A stretch of DNA of 63,708 bases, the filler included. It is 4 parts of 4 records of this genome, joined end to end, with 100 filler letters (N's around TTAATTAATTAA, not from the genome) between each part and the next. Parts side by side here need not be neighbours in the genome. Positions count along the whole stretch, not along the records: positions 1 to 28,234 come from SRR22947727_46; 3 more parts are not named here. One strand, 5' to 3'. A program made the position numbers and the translations under genes. The notes under the pieces were generated by a model that did not search any database, was not told the DNA's origin, and saw only the letters and a program-made list of their open reading frames with translations. Below, one piece after another: positions 1-11,339 of this stretch (position 1 is its first letter; each line of letters begins with the position of its first letter).

Positions 1-28
1 GTGGGTTCGAACCCCATCGCTCGCCCCA
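1..28 (+). tRNA. 3' fragment of a tRNA, most likely tRNA-His (5' part outside the window)
   Basis: GTGGG-TTCGAAC-CCCAT T-arm, then acceptor strand CGCTCGC, discriminator C and encoded CCA. The C discriminator and close match to the E. coli tRNA-His 3' end (GTGGGTTCGAATCCCATTAGCCACCCCA) point to His. Anticodon not visible. Confidence 0.7.
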
Positions 29-45
29 TTAAATTAGGTAAAAGC

Positions 46-1341
46 ATGAGTAGCAAATTAAAAAAATTAAAAGATTTAGAGAGAAAACTTATAGTCTCAA
101 TTCCTGTTGAAGATTACAATTTAAAATTCCAATCTAAATTAAATAATATAAAAGGTCAGGCAAAACTAGATGGTTTCAGAAAAGGTAAAGTTCCAAATGA
201 TGTTTTAGAACAAAAATATGGGAAATCTATTCATGCTGATGTTGTAAATGATTTAATACAAAACTCTTATCCAAAAGCTCTAGCTGAAAATAAAATTCGA
301 CCAGCTTCTGCTCCTACAATCAATCTTGAAAGCGAAGATCCATCAAAACCAATTTCATATTCGGCTATATTTGAAGTCTTTCCAGAGATCAAACTAAAGC
401 TAAGTAGATGGACAAATTATGACAAAGTTTCTATCTCTATCACTGACGCCGATATAGATTTAGCCATTAAAGATATTGTTAAGAGATATGGAGGCTGGAA
501 AGATGTTAAAAGAAAGGCAAAGAAAGACGATCAGGTAGTAATAGACTTTGTTGGAAGAATTAACAATGAAGAATTTGAGGGCAATTCAGCACAAGAATTT
601 AAGTTGGTTTTAGGAAGCAATTCAATGATTCCTGGATTTGAGGATGGTATTTTAGATAAAGAGCCTTCAAAATTTTCTATACAAGCTAAATTTCCAGATG
701 ACTACTTCAAGAGTGACTTAGCAGGAGTTGAAGCTGAATTTGAAATTAACCTTAAAAATGTTCAAGAGCTTCACGAAGCAGAAATAAACAATGACTTATT
801 TAAAAAATTAGATATGGATGTAAAAGATGAATCTAGTTTTAAAGAAGAAATATCAAAAAGAATGACAAAGGAAGTCGAAGTTCAAGAGAAGGATCTTACA
901 AAAGAATCTATTTACGAGACTTTATTAAAAACTAATTCTTTTAATGTTCCCAATATCACTGTTAAAGAACAAGCAGATCTTATGAGAAAAGATGCCTTAA
1001 TGAGAATTGGCCATACAGAAGATAAAGCAGAGGATGACTTATTTCCAATTGAAACCTTCATGGATAATGCAGAAAAAAGAGTGAAACTTGATTTACTTTT
1101 TGCTGAATTAGTAAAGCATTTTGAAATCACAGTTGATTCGATGACATTAGATTCATTTATTGAAAAAGAATCTAAGAAATACAAGGATTCTGAACAATTT
1201 AAACAATGGATTAAAAATCAACCACAGCAACTTGAGCAATTTAGGATGATTGCCTTGGAGCAACAATTGATTGAAAATTTAGAAAAAGCCCTTAAATCTA
1301 AGGATAAGGTGATAAAATTTTCAGAACTTGCAAATAAATAA
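46..1341 (+). CDS. tig: Trigger factor
   Basis: GFRKGKVP ribosome-binding signature, FKBP-type domain ([26 protein letters not shown]), upstream of clpP. Start moved to ATG 46 because 1-28 is tRNA. Confidence 0.95.
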   Translation: MSSKLKKLKDLERKLIVSIPVEDYNLKFQSKLNNIKGQAKLDGFRKGKVPNDVLEQKYGKSIHADVVNDLIQNSYPKALAENKIRPASAPTINLESEDPSKPISYSAIFEVFPEIKLKLSRWTNYDKVSISITDADIDLAIKDIVKRYGGWKDVKRKAKKDDQVVIDFVGRINNEEFEGNSAQEFKLVLGSNSMIPGFEDGILDKEPSKFSIQAKFPDDYFKSDLAGVEAEFEINLKNVQELHEAEINNDLFKKLDMDVKDESSFKEEISKRMTKEVEVQEKDLTKESIYETLLKTNSFNVPNITVKEQADLMRKDALMRIGHTEDKAEDDLFPIETFMDNAEKRVKLDLLFAELVKHFEITVDSMTLDSFIEKESKKYKDSEQFKQWIKNQPQQLEQFRMIALEQQLIENLEKALKSKDKVIKFSELANK

Positions 1342-1354
1342 TAAATATATGTAT

Positions 1355-1969
1355 ATGAAAGAAATAGAGTCAGCATTAATTCCAATGGTAATCGAGCAAA
1401 CACCTCGTGGTGAAAGATCTTTTGATATCTACTCAAGACTTTTAAAAGAAAGAGTTATATTTTTATCTGGTCCCGTAGATGACTATATGTCTAATTTGGT
1501 TGTTGCTCAATTATTATTCTTAGAGTCCGAAAATCCAGAAAAGGATATATCTATATATATAAACTCTCCAGGAGGTAGCATTTCTGCCGGACTAGCTATT
1601 TATGACACAATGCAATTTGTATCACCGTCAATTTCAACCCTATGTATTGGTCAGGCTGCTAGTATGGGAGCAATATTGTTAGCGGGTGGGGATAAGGATA
1701 AAAGATTTGCTTTGCCTAATTCAAGAATTATGATCCATCAACCTCTAGGAGGTTTTCAGGGTCAGGCTTCTGATTTTGAAATACATGCAAAAGAAATTCT
1801 TCATATGAAAAAAGTGGTTAATGAAATTCTTGCAAAGCACACTGGACAAACTATCAAGAAAATAGAGAAAGATACTGATCGAGATAATTTTTTAGATGCA
1901 CCAGCAGCAATAAAGTATGGCATTGTTGATAGTATTTTAAATAAAAGAGATAAACCTAATGCCAAGTGA
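1355..1969 (+). CDS. clpP: ATP-dependent Clp protease proteolytic subunit
   Basis: [27 protein letters not shown] (catalytic Ser), MIHQP (His). Start ATG 1355 (or 1349). Confidence 0.97.
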   Translation: MKEIESALIPMVIEQTPRGERSFDIYSRLLKERVIFLSGPVDDYMSNLVVAQLLFLESENPEKDISIYINSPGGSISAGLAIYDTMQFVSPSISTLCIGQAASMGAILLAGGDKDKRFALPNSRIMIHQPLGGFQGQASDFEIHAKEILHMKKVVNEILAKHTGQTIKKIEKDTDRDNFLDAPAAIKYGIVDSILNKRDKPNAK

Positions 1970-3212
1970 TACTTCAGCTGATAAATTAAATTGCTCATTT
2001 TGTGGAAAGGTACAAGATGATGTAAAAAAATTAATAGCCGGGCCAAGTGTTTACATCTGTAATGAGTGTGTTGATTTGTGCAATGACATCATTGAAGAAG
2101 AAATTAAAAGTGAAGAAGATATTTCTTTAGATGAACTTCCTTCACCTCTTGAAATTTTTCAAAAACTTGATGAGTATGTTATTGGCCAAGAAAAAGCTAA
2201 AAAAGTACTTTCAGTTGCTGTATATAACCATTATAAAAGGCTTAAGAAAAACGATCTAAAAAACGATGTTGAGCTGCAAAAAAGTAATGTCTTATTACTA
2301 GGTCCCACAGGAAGTGGTAAAACTTTATTAGCTCAGACCTTAGCAAAAATTTTAAACGTTCCCTTTACTATTGCTGATGCAACCACATTAACTGAAGCCG
2401 GTTATGTAGGGGAGGACGTTGAAAATATAATTCAGAAACTGCTGCAAATGTCCGATTATGATCCAGAAAAAGCTCAGCTAGGTATCGTCTATATTGATGA
2501 GATAGATAAAATTGCAAGAAAATCTGATAATCCCTCGATAACAAGAGATGTTTCTGGCGAAGGTGTTCAGCAAGCTCTTCTAAAACTCATTGAAGGAACT
2601 GTTGCATCCATTCCGCCTCAAGGTGGAAGAAAGCATCCTCAACAAGAGTTCATTCAAATTGATACCTCAAATATATTATTTATTTGTGGTGGCGCATTTT
2701 CAGGTCTAGACAAGGTTATTGATCAAAGGAATTCAAATACTGGCATAGGTTTTGGTGCTGAAGTTAATAAAACATCTAATGTTCAATCCATATCTAAAAG
2801 TGTTGATAATCTTGAGCCCGAGGATCTAGTTAAATATGGTTTAATTCCTGAGTTTGTTGGTAGACTTCCAGTAATTTCAAATTTACATGAGTTGGATGAG
2901 TATGCTTTAGTAAGAATTCTTAAAGAACCAAAAAATGCATTAGTGAATCAATATAAGCATTTATTTGAAATAGATAATGTTGAATTAAATTTTAGAGATG
3001 AAGCTCTTGTTGAAATTGCTAGACAAGCTATAAAAAGAAAAACAGGTGCTAGGGGCTTGCGTTCGATAATGGAAGACATTCTTATGGAAACTATGTTTGA
3101 ACTTCCTAATGTTGACTTAGAAAAAGTTATCATTGATGAAAATACTGTTATTTCAAAATCAGAGCCAATTAAATTACTTAAAACTTCAAGAAAAAAATCC
3201 TCTGCTAATTGA
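1959..3212 (+). CDS. clpX: ATP-dependent Clp protease ATP-binding subunit ClpX
   Basis: C4 zinc finger (CSFC...CNEC), Walker [13 protein letters not shown] pore loop, RKHP, IGF loop. Confidence 0.98.
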   Translation: MPSDTSADKLNCSFCGKVQDDVKKLIAGPSVYICNECVDLCNDIIEEEIKSEEDISLDELPSPLEIFQKLDEYVIGQEKAKKVLSVAVYNHYKRLKKNDLKNDVELQKSNVLLLGPTGSGKTLLAQTLAKILNVPFTIADATTLTEAGYVGEDVENIIQKLLQMSDYDPEKAQLGIVYIDEIDKIARKSDNPSITRDVSGEGVQQALLKLIEGTVASIPPQGGRKHPQQEFIQIDTSNILFICGGAFSGLDKVIDQRNSNTGIGFGAEVNKTSNVQSISKSVDNLEPEDLVKYGLIPEFVGRLPVISNLHELDEYALVRILKEPKNALVNQYKHLFEIDNVELNFRDEALVEIARQAIKRKTGARGLRSIMEDILMETMFELPNVDLEKVIIDENTVISKSEPIKLLKTSRKKSSAN

Positions 3213-3242
3213 TATTTTTATAACTATCCCTATATTGGGTAT

Positions 3243-5651
3243 ATGAAAGATATAAAATTAGACTTACCCTTAATACCTCTTAGAGATGTTATCGTTTTTC
3301 CTGGAATAGTTACAACTTTATTTGTTGGTAGATCAAAATCAATAGAAGCCCTAAATGTTGCAATGTCTTCAAATAAAAAGCTTGTACTAGTTAGTCAGCT
3401 TGATCCCGCAATTGAAGATCCTGAATTTAAAGATATTTATAAAAATGCATCAATCAGCAATTTACTCCAATTAATAAAGCTTCCAGATGGGACAATGAAA
3501 GTTCTTGTTGAAGGCCATAAAAGATGTTCTATAGAAGAACTTGTTAGCAAAGACTCTCATGATATTGCTAGAGTTATCTCTATTGATGATATACCTCTTA
3601 AAGAAGCAGACGCCTCAAACTTAGTTAGATTTATAAAGGCTAAATTTGAAGATTATATTGGCATAACAAAAAGAATTCCTCCTGAAATAGTCTCAACTGT
3701 TGATTCATTAGATGATCTTTCAAAGCTTATAGATACAATCACAGGGCATTTGCCTGTCGAAACATCAAAAAAACAAGAAATATTGGCTATTGCTGACCTT
3801 AAAGAGAGATCAGAGAAGGTATTAATGTTTATTGAATCTCAGCTTGATGTCGTGGATGTTGAAAAAAAAATCAGAGAGCGTGTAAAAAAACAAATGGAAA
3901 AATCTCAAAGGGAATATTACCTCAATGAGCAGATTAAAGCGGCCCAAAAGGAACTTGGAGAAATTGGAGAAGAGGGAGATGAGTTGGAACTCTTAGAAGA
4001 TAAAATTAATTCAGTAGGAATGCCAAAAGATGCATTAAAAAAAGCAAAAAGTGAATTAGCAAAATTTAAGCATATGTCACCATCCTCAGCTGAAGCCTCT
4101 GTTGTTCGATCTTATCTAGATTGTCTTGTAGAGGTCCCTTGGAAAAAACGTTCAAAAGTAAAGACTGATATTCAAGCCTCTTTAGATATATTAGAGGAAG
4201 ATCATTATGGTCTTGAAGAAGTCAAAGAAAGAATTATTGAATATCTTGCAGTTCAAAAAAGAGTTAAATCAATGAAAGCACCAGTTTTATGCCTGGTTGG
4301 TCCTCCGGGAGTCGGTAAGACATCACTTGGAGAGTCAATAGCAAGAGCTACAAATAGAAAGTTTGTAAGAATGTCTCTTGGCGGGGTTAGAGATGAGTCT
4401 GAAATTAGAGGGCATAGAAGAACATATATTGGTTCAATGCCAGGAAAAATAGTTCAAAAGCTTTCTAAAGTTGGTGTTAAAAATCCTCTTTTCTTGTTAG
4501 ATGAAATAGATAAGATTGGTATGGATCACAGGGGGGACCCTGCTTCAGCATTGCTAGAAGTTCTAGATCCTGAACAAAATAATAGCTTCAGCGACCATTA
4601 TTTAGAAGTTGATTATGATTTATCAGAAGTAATGTTTGTTTGCACGGCTAATAGTTTAAATATTCCTACTCCTCTATTAGATAGAATGGAAATAATTAGA
4701 ATTCCAGGATACATAGAGGATGAAAAACTTAATATAGCTTCAAAATATTTACTACCAAAACAGATGGAAAGAAACGGTCTTCTTGAAAAAGAAATTAACC
4801 TAAATAAAGAAGTGATACTTTCATTAATTAGATATTACACAAGAGAGGCTGGTGTCAGAGGACTTGAAAGACAAATAGCAAAAATAATGAGAAAAGTAGT
4901 TAAAGAAAGACTTATAACAAAAAAGAATGTAAATAAATCAACAAACATTACTAATAAAAATCTTGAGAAGTTCTCTGGCGTAAGAAAGTTTAAATATGGT
5001 ATTGCTGAGAAAGAAAATGCTGTTGGTCAAGTGACTGGTTTGGCTTGGACAGAAGTAGGTGGCGAGCTTTTAACAATCGAAGCCTCTCATATATATGGTA
5101 AAGGAAGGATTATTAAAACTGGATCCTTGGGCGATGTTATGCAAGAATCCATTCAAGCTGCTTTGACTGTTGTTAGATCTAGAGCTGCCTCTCTTGGAAT
5201 AAAGCCTGATTTCTATGAAAAACATGATGTGCATATTCATGTTCCAGAGGGAGCCACTCCAAAAGACGGTCCTAGTGCTGGCGGAGCTATGGCTGTTTCA
5301 TTAATTTCTATTTTTACTGGAATTCCTGTTAGGTCCGATACTGCTATGACTGGTGAAATAACATTAAGAGGTCAGATATTAAAAATTGGCGGCCTTAAAG
5401 AAAAGCTTCTTGCTGCAAAAAGAGGTGGCATAAAGAATGTAATCATTCCAAAAGAAAATGAAGCAGACTTGCAAGAGATTCCTGAACAAATTCTTAAATC
5501 ATTAAATATTATTCCGGTAGAGTGGATAGATGAAGTTATTTCTCATGCCCTTGTTAGCGAGCCAACTCCACTTAATAAATCTTCGTCAAATATAAAAAAT
5601 AAAACAACAAGATCTGGAAAGGCAAAAACAGAAAATAAGCAAACCCATTAA
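3243..5651 (+). CDS. lon: Lon protease
   Basis: GPPGVGKT Walker A, RRTYIGSMPG, PKDGPSAG catalytic Ser, IGGLKEK Lys. Confidence 0.98.
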   Translation: MKDIKLDLPLIPLRDVIVFPGIVTTLFVGRSKSIEALNVAMSSNKKLVLVSQLDPAIEDPEFKDIYKNASISNLLQLIKLPDGTMKVLVEGHKRCSIEELVSKDSHDIARVISIDDIPLKEADASNLVRFIKAKFEDYIGITKRIPPEIVSTVDSLDDLSKLIDTITGHLPVETSKKQEILAIADLKERSEKVLMFIESQLDVVDVEKKIRERVKKQMEKSQREYYLNEQIKAAQKELGEIGEEGDELELLEDKINSVGMPKDALKKAKSELAKFKHMSPSSAEASVVRSYLDCLVEVPWKKRSKVKTDIQASLDILEEDHYGLEEVKERIIEYLAVQKRVKSMKAPVLCLVGPPGVGKTSLGESIARATNRKFVRMSLGGVRDESEIRGHRRTYIGSMPGKIVQKLSKVGVKNPLFLLDEIDKIGMDHRGDPASALLEVLDPEQNNSFSDHYLEVDYDLSEVMFVCTANSLNIPTPLLDRMEIIRIPGYIEDEKLNIASKYLLPKQMERNGLLEKEINLNKEVILSLIRYYTREAGVRGLERQIAKIMRKVVKERLITKKNVNKSTNITNKNLEKFSGVRKFKYGIAEKENAVGQVTGLAWTEVGGELLTIEASHIYGKGRIIKTGSLGDVMQESIQAALTVVRSRAASLGIKPDFYEKHDVHIHVPEGATPKDGPSAGGAMAVSLISIFTGIPVRSDTAMTGEITLRGQILKIGGLKEKLLAAKRGGIKNVIIPKENEADLQEIPEQILKSLNIIPVEWIDEVISHALVSEPTPLNKSSSNIKNKTTRSGKAKTENKQTH

Positions 5652-5739
5652 AACCCTCTATTTACTTGACTTTTACGCATAAAAAGCTTTTGATATAGGG
5701 GTATTTATATAAATAAATTTATACAGAGGAGTATTTAAT

Positions 5740-6018
5740 ATGAATAAATCAGATTTGATTGATGCAGTTGCAGGTAACGCGGATATTTCTAAAGCTTCAG
5801 CAGGCAGAGCTGTTGATGCAGTTTTAGGAGGTATCGGTGATGCTTTAGGTAATGGTGATTCAGTATCACTAGTAGGTTTTGGAACATTTTCAGTAAGACA
5901 TAGAGCTGCTAGAGAGGGTAGAAATCCTCAAACTGGCGCATCAATGCATATTGCAGCTTCTAAAGTTCCTGGTTTTAAAGCTGGAAAAGGCCTTAAAGAT
6001 AAGGTTAAAAACAGTTAA
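5740..6018 (+). CDS. hupB: DNA-binding protein HU
   Basis: [30 protein letters not shown]; lon-hupB-ppiD synteny. Confidence 0.95.
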   Translation: MNKSDLIDAVAGNADISKASAGRAVDAVLGGIGDALGNGDSVSLVGFGTFSVRHRAAREGRNPQTGASMHIAASKVPGFKAGKGLKDKVKNS

Positions 6019-6032
6019 TTTTTAATAACTAT

Positions 6033-6061
6033 AAAAAAGGGTGCTCTAGCACCCTTTTTTT
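6033..6061. terminator. Rho-independent terminator after hupB
   Basis: AAAAAAGGGTGCT-CT-AGCACCCTTTTTTT hairpin flanked by A and T tracts. Confidence 0.85.
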
Positions 6062-6079
6062 ATCTATAATGTTTTTACT

Positions 6080-7954
6080 ATGATGGAATCACTAAGAAAT
6101 TTTTTAACAGGACCAAGATTATTTATTGTAATAGCTGCTTGCGCTTTACCATTTGTTTTTCTAGGAACCTCCTCTCTTGCAAATCCTATTGGAGCATCCC
6201 TTGGCTCAATTAATGGTGAAGATGTTTCTCAAGGTGATTTTCAAGTAGCAACTAATTTTGCAATACAAAAATATCAAAATATATATGGAGATGATTTTGA
6301 TTTCGCTTCATTGGATGATGAGATTCAAATGGAACTGATCAAACAAGAGTTAATAATACAAAAATCACTGCTAGCTGAAGCAAGGTCTTTAGGACTGATC
6401 AATAATGTAACTCAGAGAGAGGCAAAAAAAAGCATAATCTCGAATCCTTCATTTTGGATTGATGGCAGATTTGATGAAAACACTTTTGAAGCCCAAGCCA
6501 ATGCAAATGGTTTCACCAAAGATGAATATATAGATCAGATATCCTTACTCCTGGCTTCTGATATATACAGAACAGCTATAAACCCATACGGATTCTCTTC
6601 AGATGAGGAGGCTAGTGATTTGGCATTGATATTAGAACAATCAGTTGATATTAATTTTATAAAAATAGATTCTTCCAGATTAGAGCAAGGAATTACAAAT
6701 ACAAATGAAGAGCTTATAGATTACTACAATGATAATGAAATAGCTTTTTACTCTGATGAGGCTAGGACATTCAAATATTTTGTTCTCAAATCAGGGGATT
6801 ATATGGAACAAGTCAATATACCTGATGGATATTTAGAATCCACATATGAAAATTATGTCTTAAACAATCAAAACAATAATGAAATCAGGCTTTCGCATAT
6901 TATGATAGAAAAATCTAATCATGATTCCCTGGAGATAGCTTATAACTTAATTGAAGATATCAAAAATCAACTAATTGATGGAAAAGATTTCTCTTCATTA
7001 GCAAGTCAATATAGTGATGATGTGGTCAATAAGGATTTGGGTGGTGATTTAGAGTATTTTGACAGCGAAATATTTCCGCCTGAATTTTCAGATGCTATCG
7101 ATGGCCTAGGCCTTAATGAGATTAGTGATATTGTTGAATTAAATGATACTTTTCATATTTTAAAAATTACTGAATATAATGAGTATCAGCTTGCAACTTT
7201 TGAAGATATGAAAGATATTTTTTCAAAAGAGCTTTTAGAAACTGAGTCTCTTGCATTGATGAAAGACGACTATGAATCTATAGACTCAATGATACTTACT
7301 AATATCTCATTTGAAGAAGTGGCTCAATCATTAGCTATAGATAAAGTTATTACAGAATCTAATACAATTAACGATTTTAATAATATTCAATTTAATCAAA
7401 ACATAAAAGATTATATATTTTCTCAAGATACAGAAATTGGATCTGTTGCAAGTTTTGATATTAATGAATCAGTTTTTGTTGTCTCTTTATTAGGAATAAC
7501 TCCATCCACTTTAAAGAAGTTTGATGATGTAAAAAAAGAGGTTGCTACTTCATTATCAAAAAGCAAAACCACTTCAAAGAAATTTCTATTAGTTGATGAA
7601 ATTATAGATGCAAAACAAACTGATGATGGACTATCTTTTATCTCTGCTTATGACTTTATCTCAACTGATGCATTTATTGGAGTTAAAAGAGGTTCTTCAT
7701 TGTTGCCGCAAGAAGTTATATCTGAAGCTTTTAAAGTTAATCCTGGAATTTCTTTAACAACATTTGCTAATAATGGAGATGCTTATATCATTGATGTTGC
7801 TTCTAAAAATAAACCAACAAATCAAGAAATTAATAACATTATTGAGCAGTACAAGAAATTTTCTGAAGATAGGTATGTAAATCTTCTTACTGAACTAATA
7901 AGTAACGATATCTTTAATACATCCCAAGTGAATTTAAATAATCTGGTTTTTTAA
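6080..7954 (+). CDS. ppiD: Periplasmic chaperone / parvulin-type PPIase PpiD
   Basis: N-terminal membrane anchor, SurA-N-like region, rotamase motifs (RLSHIMI, FSSLASQYSDD, GGDL); follows hupB. Confidence 0.85.
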   Translation: MMESLRNFLTGPRLFIVIAACALPFVFLGTSSLANPIGASLGSINGEDVSQGDFQVATNFAIQKYQNIYGDDFDFASLDDEIQMELIKQELIIQKSLLAEARSLGLINNVTQREAKKSIISNPSFWIDGRFDENTFEAQANANGFTKDEYIDQISLLLASDIYRTAINPYGFSSDEEASDLALILEQSVDINFIKIDSSRLEQGITNTNEELIDYYNDNEIAFYSDEARTFKYFVLKSGDYMEQVNIPDGYLESTYENYVLNNQNNNEIRLSHIMIEKSNHDSLEIAYNLIEDIKNQLIDGKDFSSLASQYSDDVVNKDLGGDLEYFDSEIFPPEFSDAIDGLGLNEISDIVELNDTFHILKITEYNEYQLATFEDMKDIFSKELLETESLALMKDDYESIDSMILTNISFEEVAQSLAIDKVITESNTINDFNNIQFNQNIKDYIFSQDTEIGSVASFDINESVFVVSLLGITPSTLKKFDDVKKEVATSLSKSKTTSKKFLLVDEIIDAKQTDDGLSFISAYDFISTDAFIGVKRGSSLLPQEVISEAFKVNPGISLTTFANNGDAYIIDVASKNKPTNQEINNIIEQYKKFSEDRYVNLLTELISNDIFNTSQVNLNNLVF

Positions 7955-7955
7955 T

Positions 7956-9557
7956 ATGAAATATTTAGTCCTAATTTTATCTTTTTTTTTAATTGGCTGT
8001 TCTTCAAGTAAATCTCCTGTTGATTTGGCAGTTGAATCAAAAATTTTTCATTATGGAAATGGTACTGAGCCTCAAGGTCTTGATCCTCATATTGTTACTG
8101 GGGTACCTGAACATCATTTATTATTAGCATTATGTGAAGGTTTGACTAGTTCAAATCCAAGAGGGGGAGAGAGTTTACCAGGATCAGCCTCTTCATGGAC
8201 AGTAAGTGAAGATGGTAAGACATATACTTTTTATCTTCAAGAAAATGGGAAATGGTCAAACGGCGATCCGGTTACAGCCAATGATTTTGTATGGTCTTGG
8301 GAAAGAATTTTAACAGCAAGTCTAGGCTCTCAATATCCTGATATGCTTTACTCTGTAGTAAATGCAGAAGAGTTTCATACTGGCTTAATCAGTGATTTTT
8401 CTATGGTTGGGGTAAGGGCTATTGATGAAGATGTATTACAAGTAACATTAAAAGAGCCTACTCCATTTTTTCTTGGGCTTTTGAGTCATTACAGCACATG
8501 GCCAGTCCATAAACCTACTGTTTTAGAACATGGATCTATCGATGATAGAAATGGACAATGGACAAGACCTGGAAATTTCGTTTGTAATGGACCTTTTAAC
8601 TTAAAATCATGGGAGCTTAATAAGAAGATTGTTGTTGGAAAGAATCCATTATATTGGGATGCAAATATTGTCGAGTTAAATGAGATACATTTCTATCCTA
8701 TTTCAAATGAAATGACTGAAGAGCGAATGTTTCGTGCAGGACAACTCCATGTCACTAATACTTTTCCCTCAAATAAATGCGAGCCTGATATTCAAGAAAA
8801 AAATCCAAATTTACAAATTCACCCATACATGGGAACTTATTTTTACAGGTTTAATACAAAAAATGAAGCACTAAAAGATGTCAGAGTTAGAAAAGCTCTA
8901 GCTTATTCTATAGATAGAAAAAAAATTGTTGAATCTGTGACACGATGTGGTCAAATTCCAGCATACTCATTTACTCCTCCAGGCTCCAATGGATTTTTTC
9001 CTGATACTAAAATACCTTTTGATGTTGAATTAGCTAAAAGCCTGCTTAAAGATGCTGGTTATGAATCAGGTGAGAGTTTTCCGGTCCTTGAGATATTATT
9101 TAATACAAGCGAAGGGCACAGAAAAGTTGCTTTAGCCATTCAGCAAATGTGGCAACAAAATCTTGGTATAAATGTTGAATTAGTAAATCAGGATTGGAAA
9201 GTTTACCTTAGCCGAGAAATGATTGGAGATTTTCAAGTTTCGAGAGCTGGATGGATTGGAGATTACGAGGATCCAAATACTTTTTTAGATACCTTAAGGC
9301 CCAACAGAGGTAACAATAAAACTGGCTGGGATAATTATGAGTTTGATAATTTATTAATTAAAGCTAATGCGACATTAGATACTGAAGAGAGATATAAGAT
9401 ATTAATGGAAGCTGAAAGATTGTTAATTGATGAAATGCCTATTGCTCCTATATATACTTATGTCAGAGTTTATCAACTCCATGAAGATATAAAGGGTTGG
9501 TACCCAAATATTTTAAGTCATCATCATCCTAAATATCTTAGAATTGAAAACGATTAG
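7956..9557 (+). CDS. oppA: Peptide ABC transporter substrate-binding lipoprotein (OppA-like)
   Basis: Lipobox LIGC, EPQGLDPH, WSNGDPVTANDF, NGPF, RAGWIGDY. Confidence 0.88.
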   Translation: MKYLVLILSFFLIGCSSSKSPVDLAVESKIFHYGNGTEPQGLDPHIVTGVPEHHLLLALCEGLTSSNPRGGESLPGSASSWTVSEDGKTYTFYLQENGKWSNGDPVTANDFVWSWERILTASLGSQYPDMLYSVVNAEEFHTGLISDFSMVGVRAIDEDVLQVTLKEPTPFFLGLLSHYSTWPVHKPTVLEHGSIDDRNGQWTRPGNFVCNGPFNLKSWELNKKIVVGKNPLYWDANIVELNEIHFYPISNEMTEERMFRAGQLHVTNTFPSNKCEPDIQEKNPNLQIHPYMGTYFYRFNTKNEALKDVRVRKALAYSIDRKKIVESVTRCGQIPAYSFTPPGSNGFFPDTKIPFDVELAKSLLKDAGYESGESFPVLEILFNTSEGHRKVALAIQQMWQQNLGINVELVNQDWKVYLSREMIGDFQVSRAGWIGDYEDPNTFLDTLRPNRGNNKTGWDNYEFDNLLIKANATLDTEERYKILMEAERLLIDEMPIAPIYTYVRVYQLHEDIKGWYPNILSHHHPKYLRIEND

Positions 9558-9562
9558 TATAA

Positions 9563-10483
9563 ATGCTTAGCATTTTTTTTAAACGCCTCTTACTAGCTAT
9601 ACCAGTTTTAATAGTTGTCGCAAGTATTACATTTTTTCTTGTAAGGCTGGCTCCGGGCGGGCCTTTTGATGCTGAAAAGGCTGTCTCAGAACAGGTTATG
9701 AAGAATCTTAATGAAGTTTATAATTTGAATGCCCCATTATCTGAACAATATTTTGATTACATGTCTGGTGTTTTGGTTGGTGATTTTGGTCCATCATTTA
9801 GATTTCCTGGTCGTTCAGTTACTGAATTAATTATGACAGGCTTGCCTGTTACATTTGAGCTAGCAATTTATTCGATGTTAATTGCTTTATTTATTGGGGT
9901 ATTATCTGGAGTTACAGCTGCTCTTAAAAGAAATACTTTTTTAGATTATATTCCAATGTCTATAGCAATGATTGGAATATGTGTACCGACTTTCTTGCTG
10001 GGTCCTTTACTGGTCTTAATTTTTGGTATCAATCTTGAACTGTTACCTGTTTCTGGTTGGGATCAATTGCCTGGAGATAAAATATTACCATCCATTACTC
10101 TTGGTTTTGCTTATGCTGCATATATTGCAAGGCTTAGTAGGGGTGGCATGCTTGAAATTCTTAATCAAGATTTTATTAGGACTGCTAGGGCTAAAGGACT
10201 TTCTGAAACAAGGGTTGTTACAAAACATGCCATGCAGGGAGGTTTGATTCCAGTTGTTTCTTTTCTAGGCCCAGCTGTAGCTGGACTTTTAGCAGGTTCA
10301 TTTGTTGTTGAAACAATTTTTCAAATTCCTGGATTGGGTAGATTTTATGTAGAGGCAGCATTTAATAGAGACTATACGATGATCTTAGGTACTACAATTT
10401 TCTTTTCTTTTATGATTGTAGTCTTTAATTTATTATCAGACATGCTTGCTTTATGGCTTAATCCAAGGTCGAGGGATGTTTAA
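9563..10483 (+). CDS. oppB: Peptide ABC transporter permease
   Basis: APGGPF, GDFGPS, EAA-loop RTARAKGL, ETIFQIPGLG. Confidence 0.9.
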   Translation: MLSIFFKRLLLAIPVLIVVASITFFLVRLAPGGPFDAEKAVSEQVMKNLNEVYNLNAPLSEQYFDYMSGVLVGDFGPSFRFPGRSVTELIMTGLPVTFELAIYSMLIALFIGVLSGVTAALKRNTFLDYIPMSIAMIGICVPTFLLGPLLVLIFGINLELLPVSGWDQLPGDKILPSITLGFAYAAYIARLSRGGMLEILNQDFIRTARAKGLSETRVVTKHAMQGGLIPVVSFLGPAVAGLLAGSFVVETIFQIPGLGRFYVEAAFNRDYTMILGTTIFFSFMIVVFNLLSDMLALWLNPRSRDV

Positions 10484-11334
10484 TGTCTAACACATCTTCA
10501 TTATGGTCAGACGCACTTTCAAGACTATTAAAAAACAAAGCTGCTGTTGCTGGTGCGCTTATATTAGTCATTTTAATAACCTTAGCTTTGCTAGCTCCAT
10601 GGATTGCTCCATACCCTTATGCATACCAAGACCTTGATTTGGGTGCCTCAGCACCATCTTCAGCACACTTACTAGGAACAGATGTCTTAGGAAGAGATTT
10701 ATTTTCTAGAATTTTGTATGGGGCTAGAATTTCACTCTTAGTTGGTTTTATTGCAACAACTGTAGCTTTAATTATCGGTGTTTCATGGGGGATTATTGCT
10801 GGTTATTTTGGTGGAAAAATTGACTCAGTTATGATGAGAATCGTTGATGTTTTATATGGCTTGCCATTTATCATTTTTATAATTCTTTTGATGGTAATTT
10901 TTGGAAGAAATCTTTGGCTTTTATTTCTTGCAATAGGCGCTATCGAATGGCTGACAATGGCAAGAATTGTCAGGGCTCAGGTTTTAACATTAAAAAATCA
11001 GGAGTTTGTATTAGCAGCTCAAGCTATGGGTGTGAGTAATTTTTCAATGTTTAGAAGGCATTTATTACCTAACATACTAGGACCAATTGCCGTTTATGCA
11101 ACTTTAACAATTCCTCAGGTTATGCTTCTTGAGAGTTTTTTAAGTTTTTTAGGTCTTGGAATTCAGCCTCCAATGAGTAGTTGGGGAACTCTAATTAAAG
11201 ATGGTGTTGAATCAATGGAGGAGTATAGCTGGCTTCTGATTTATCCAGGATTAACGTTTACCATTACGTTATTTGCATTGAATTTTTTTGGTGATGGCTT
11301 GAGAGATGCTTTGGATCCAAAAACATCTGACTAA
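10483..11334 (+). CDS. oppC: Peptide ABC transporter permease
   Basis: LGTDVLGRD, ESFLSFLGLG, GDGLRDALDP. Confidence 0.9.
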   Translation: MSNTSSLWSDALSRLLKNKAAVAGALILVILITLALLAPWIAPYPYAYQDLDLGASAPSSAHLLGTDVLGRDLFSRILYGARISLLVGFIATTVALIIGVSWGIIAGYFGGKIDSVMMRIVDVLYGLPFIIFIILLMVIFGRNLWLLFLAIGAIEWLTMARIVRAQVLTLKNQEFVLAAQAMGVSNFSMFRRHLLPNILGPIAVYATLTIPQVMLLESFLSFLGLGIQPPMSSWGTLIKDGVESMEEYSWLLIYPGLTFTITLFALNFFGDGLRDALDPKTSD

Positions 11335-11339
11335 TACAT

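Noticed and set aside
1-45. N-terminal extension MGSNPIARPIKLGKS of trigger factor in the ORF track
   Set aside because: It is translation of the tRNA 3' end and spacer; the real start is ATG 46.
5666-5699. Sigma70 promoter for hupB (TTGACT ... TATAGG)
   Set aside because: Spacing is about 22 nt, too long to call confidently.
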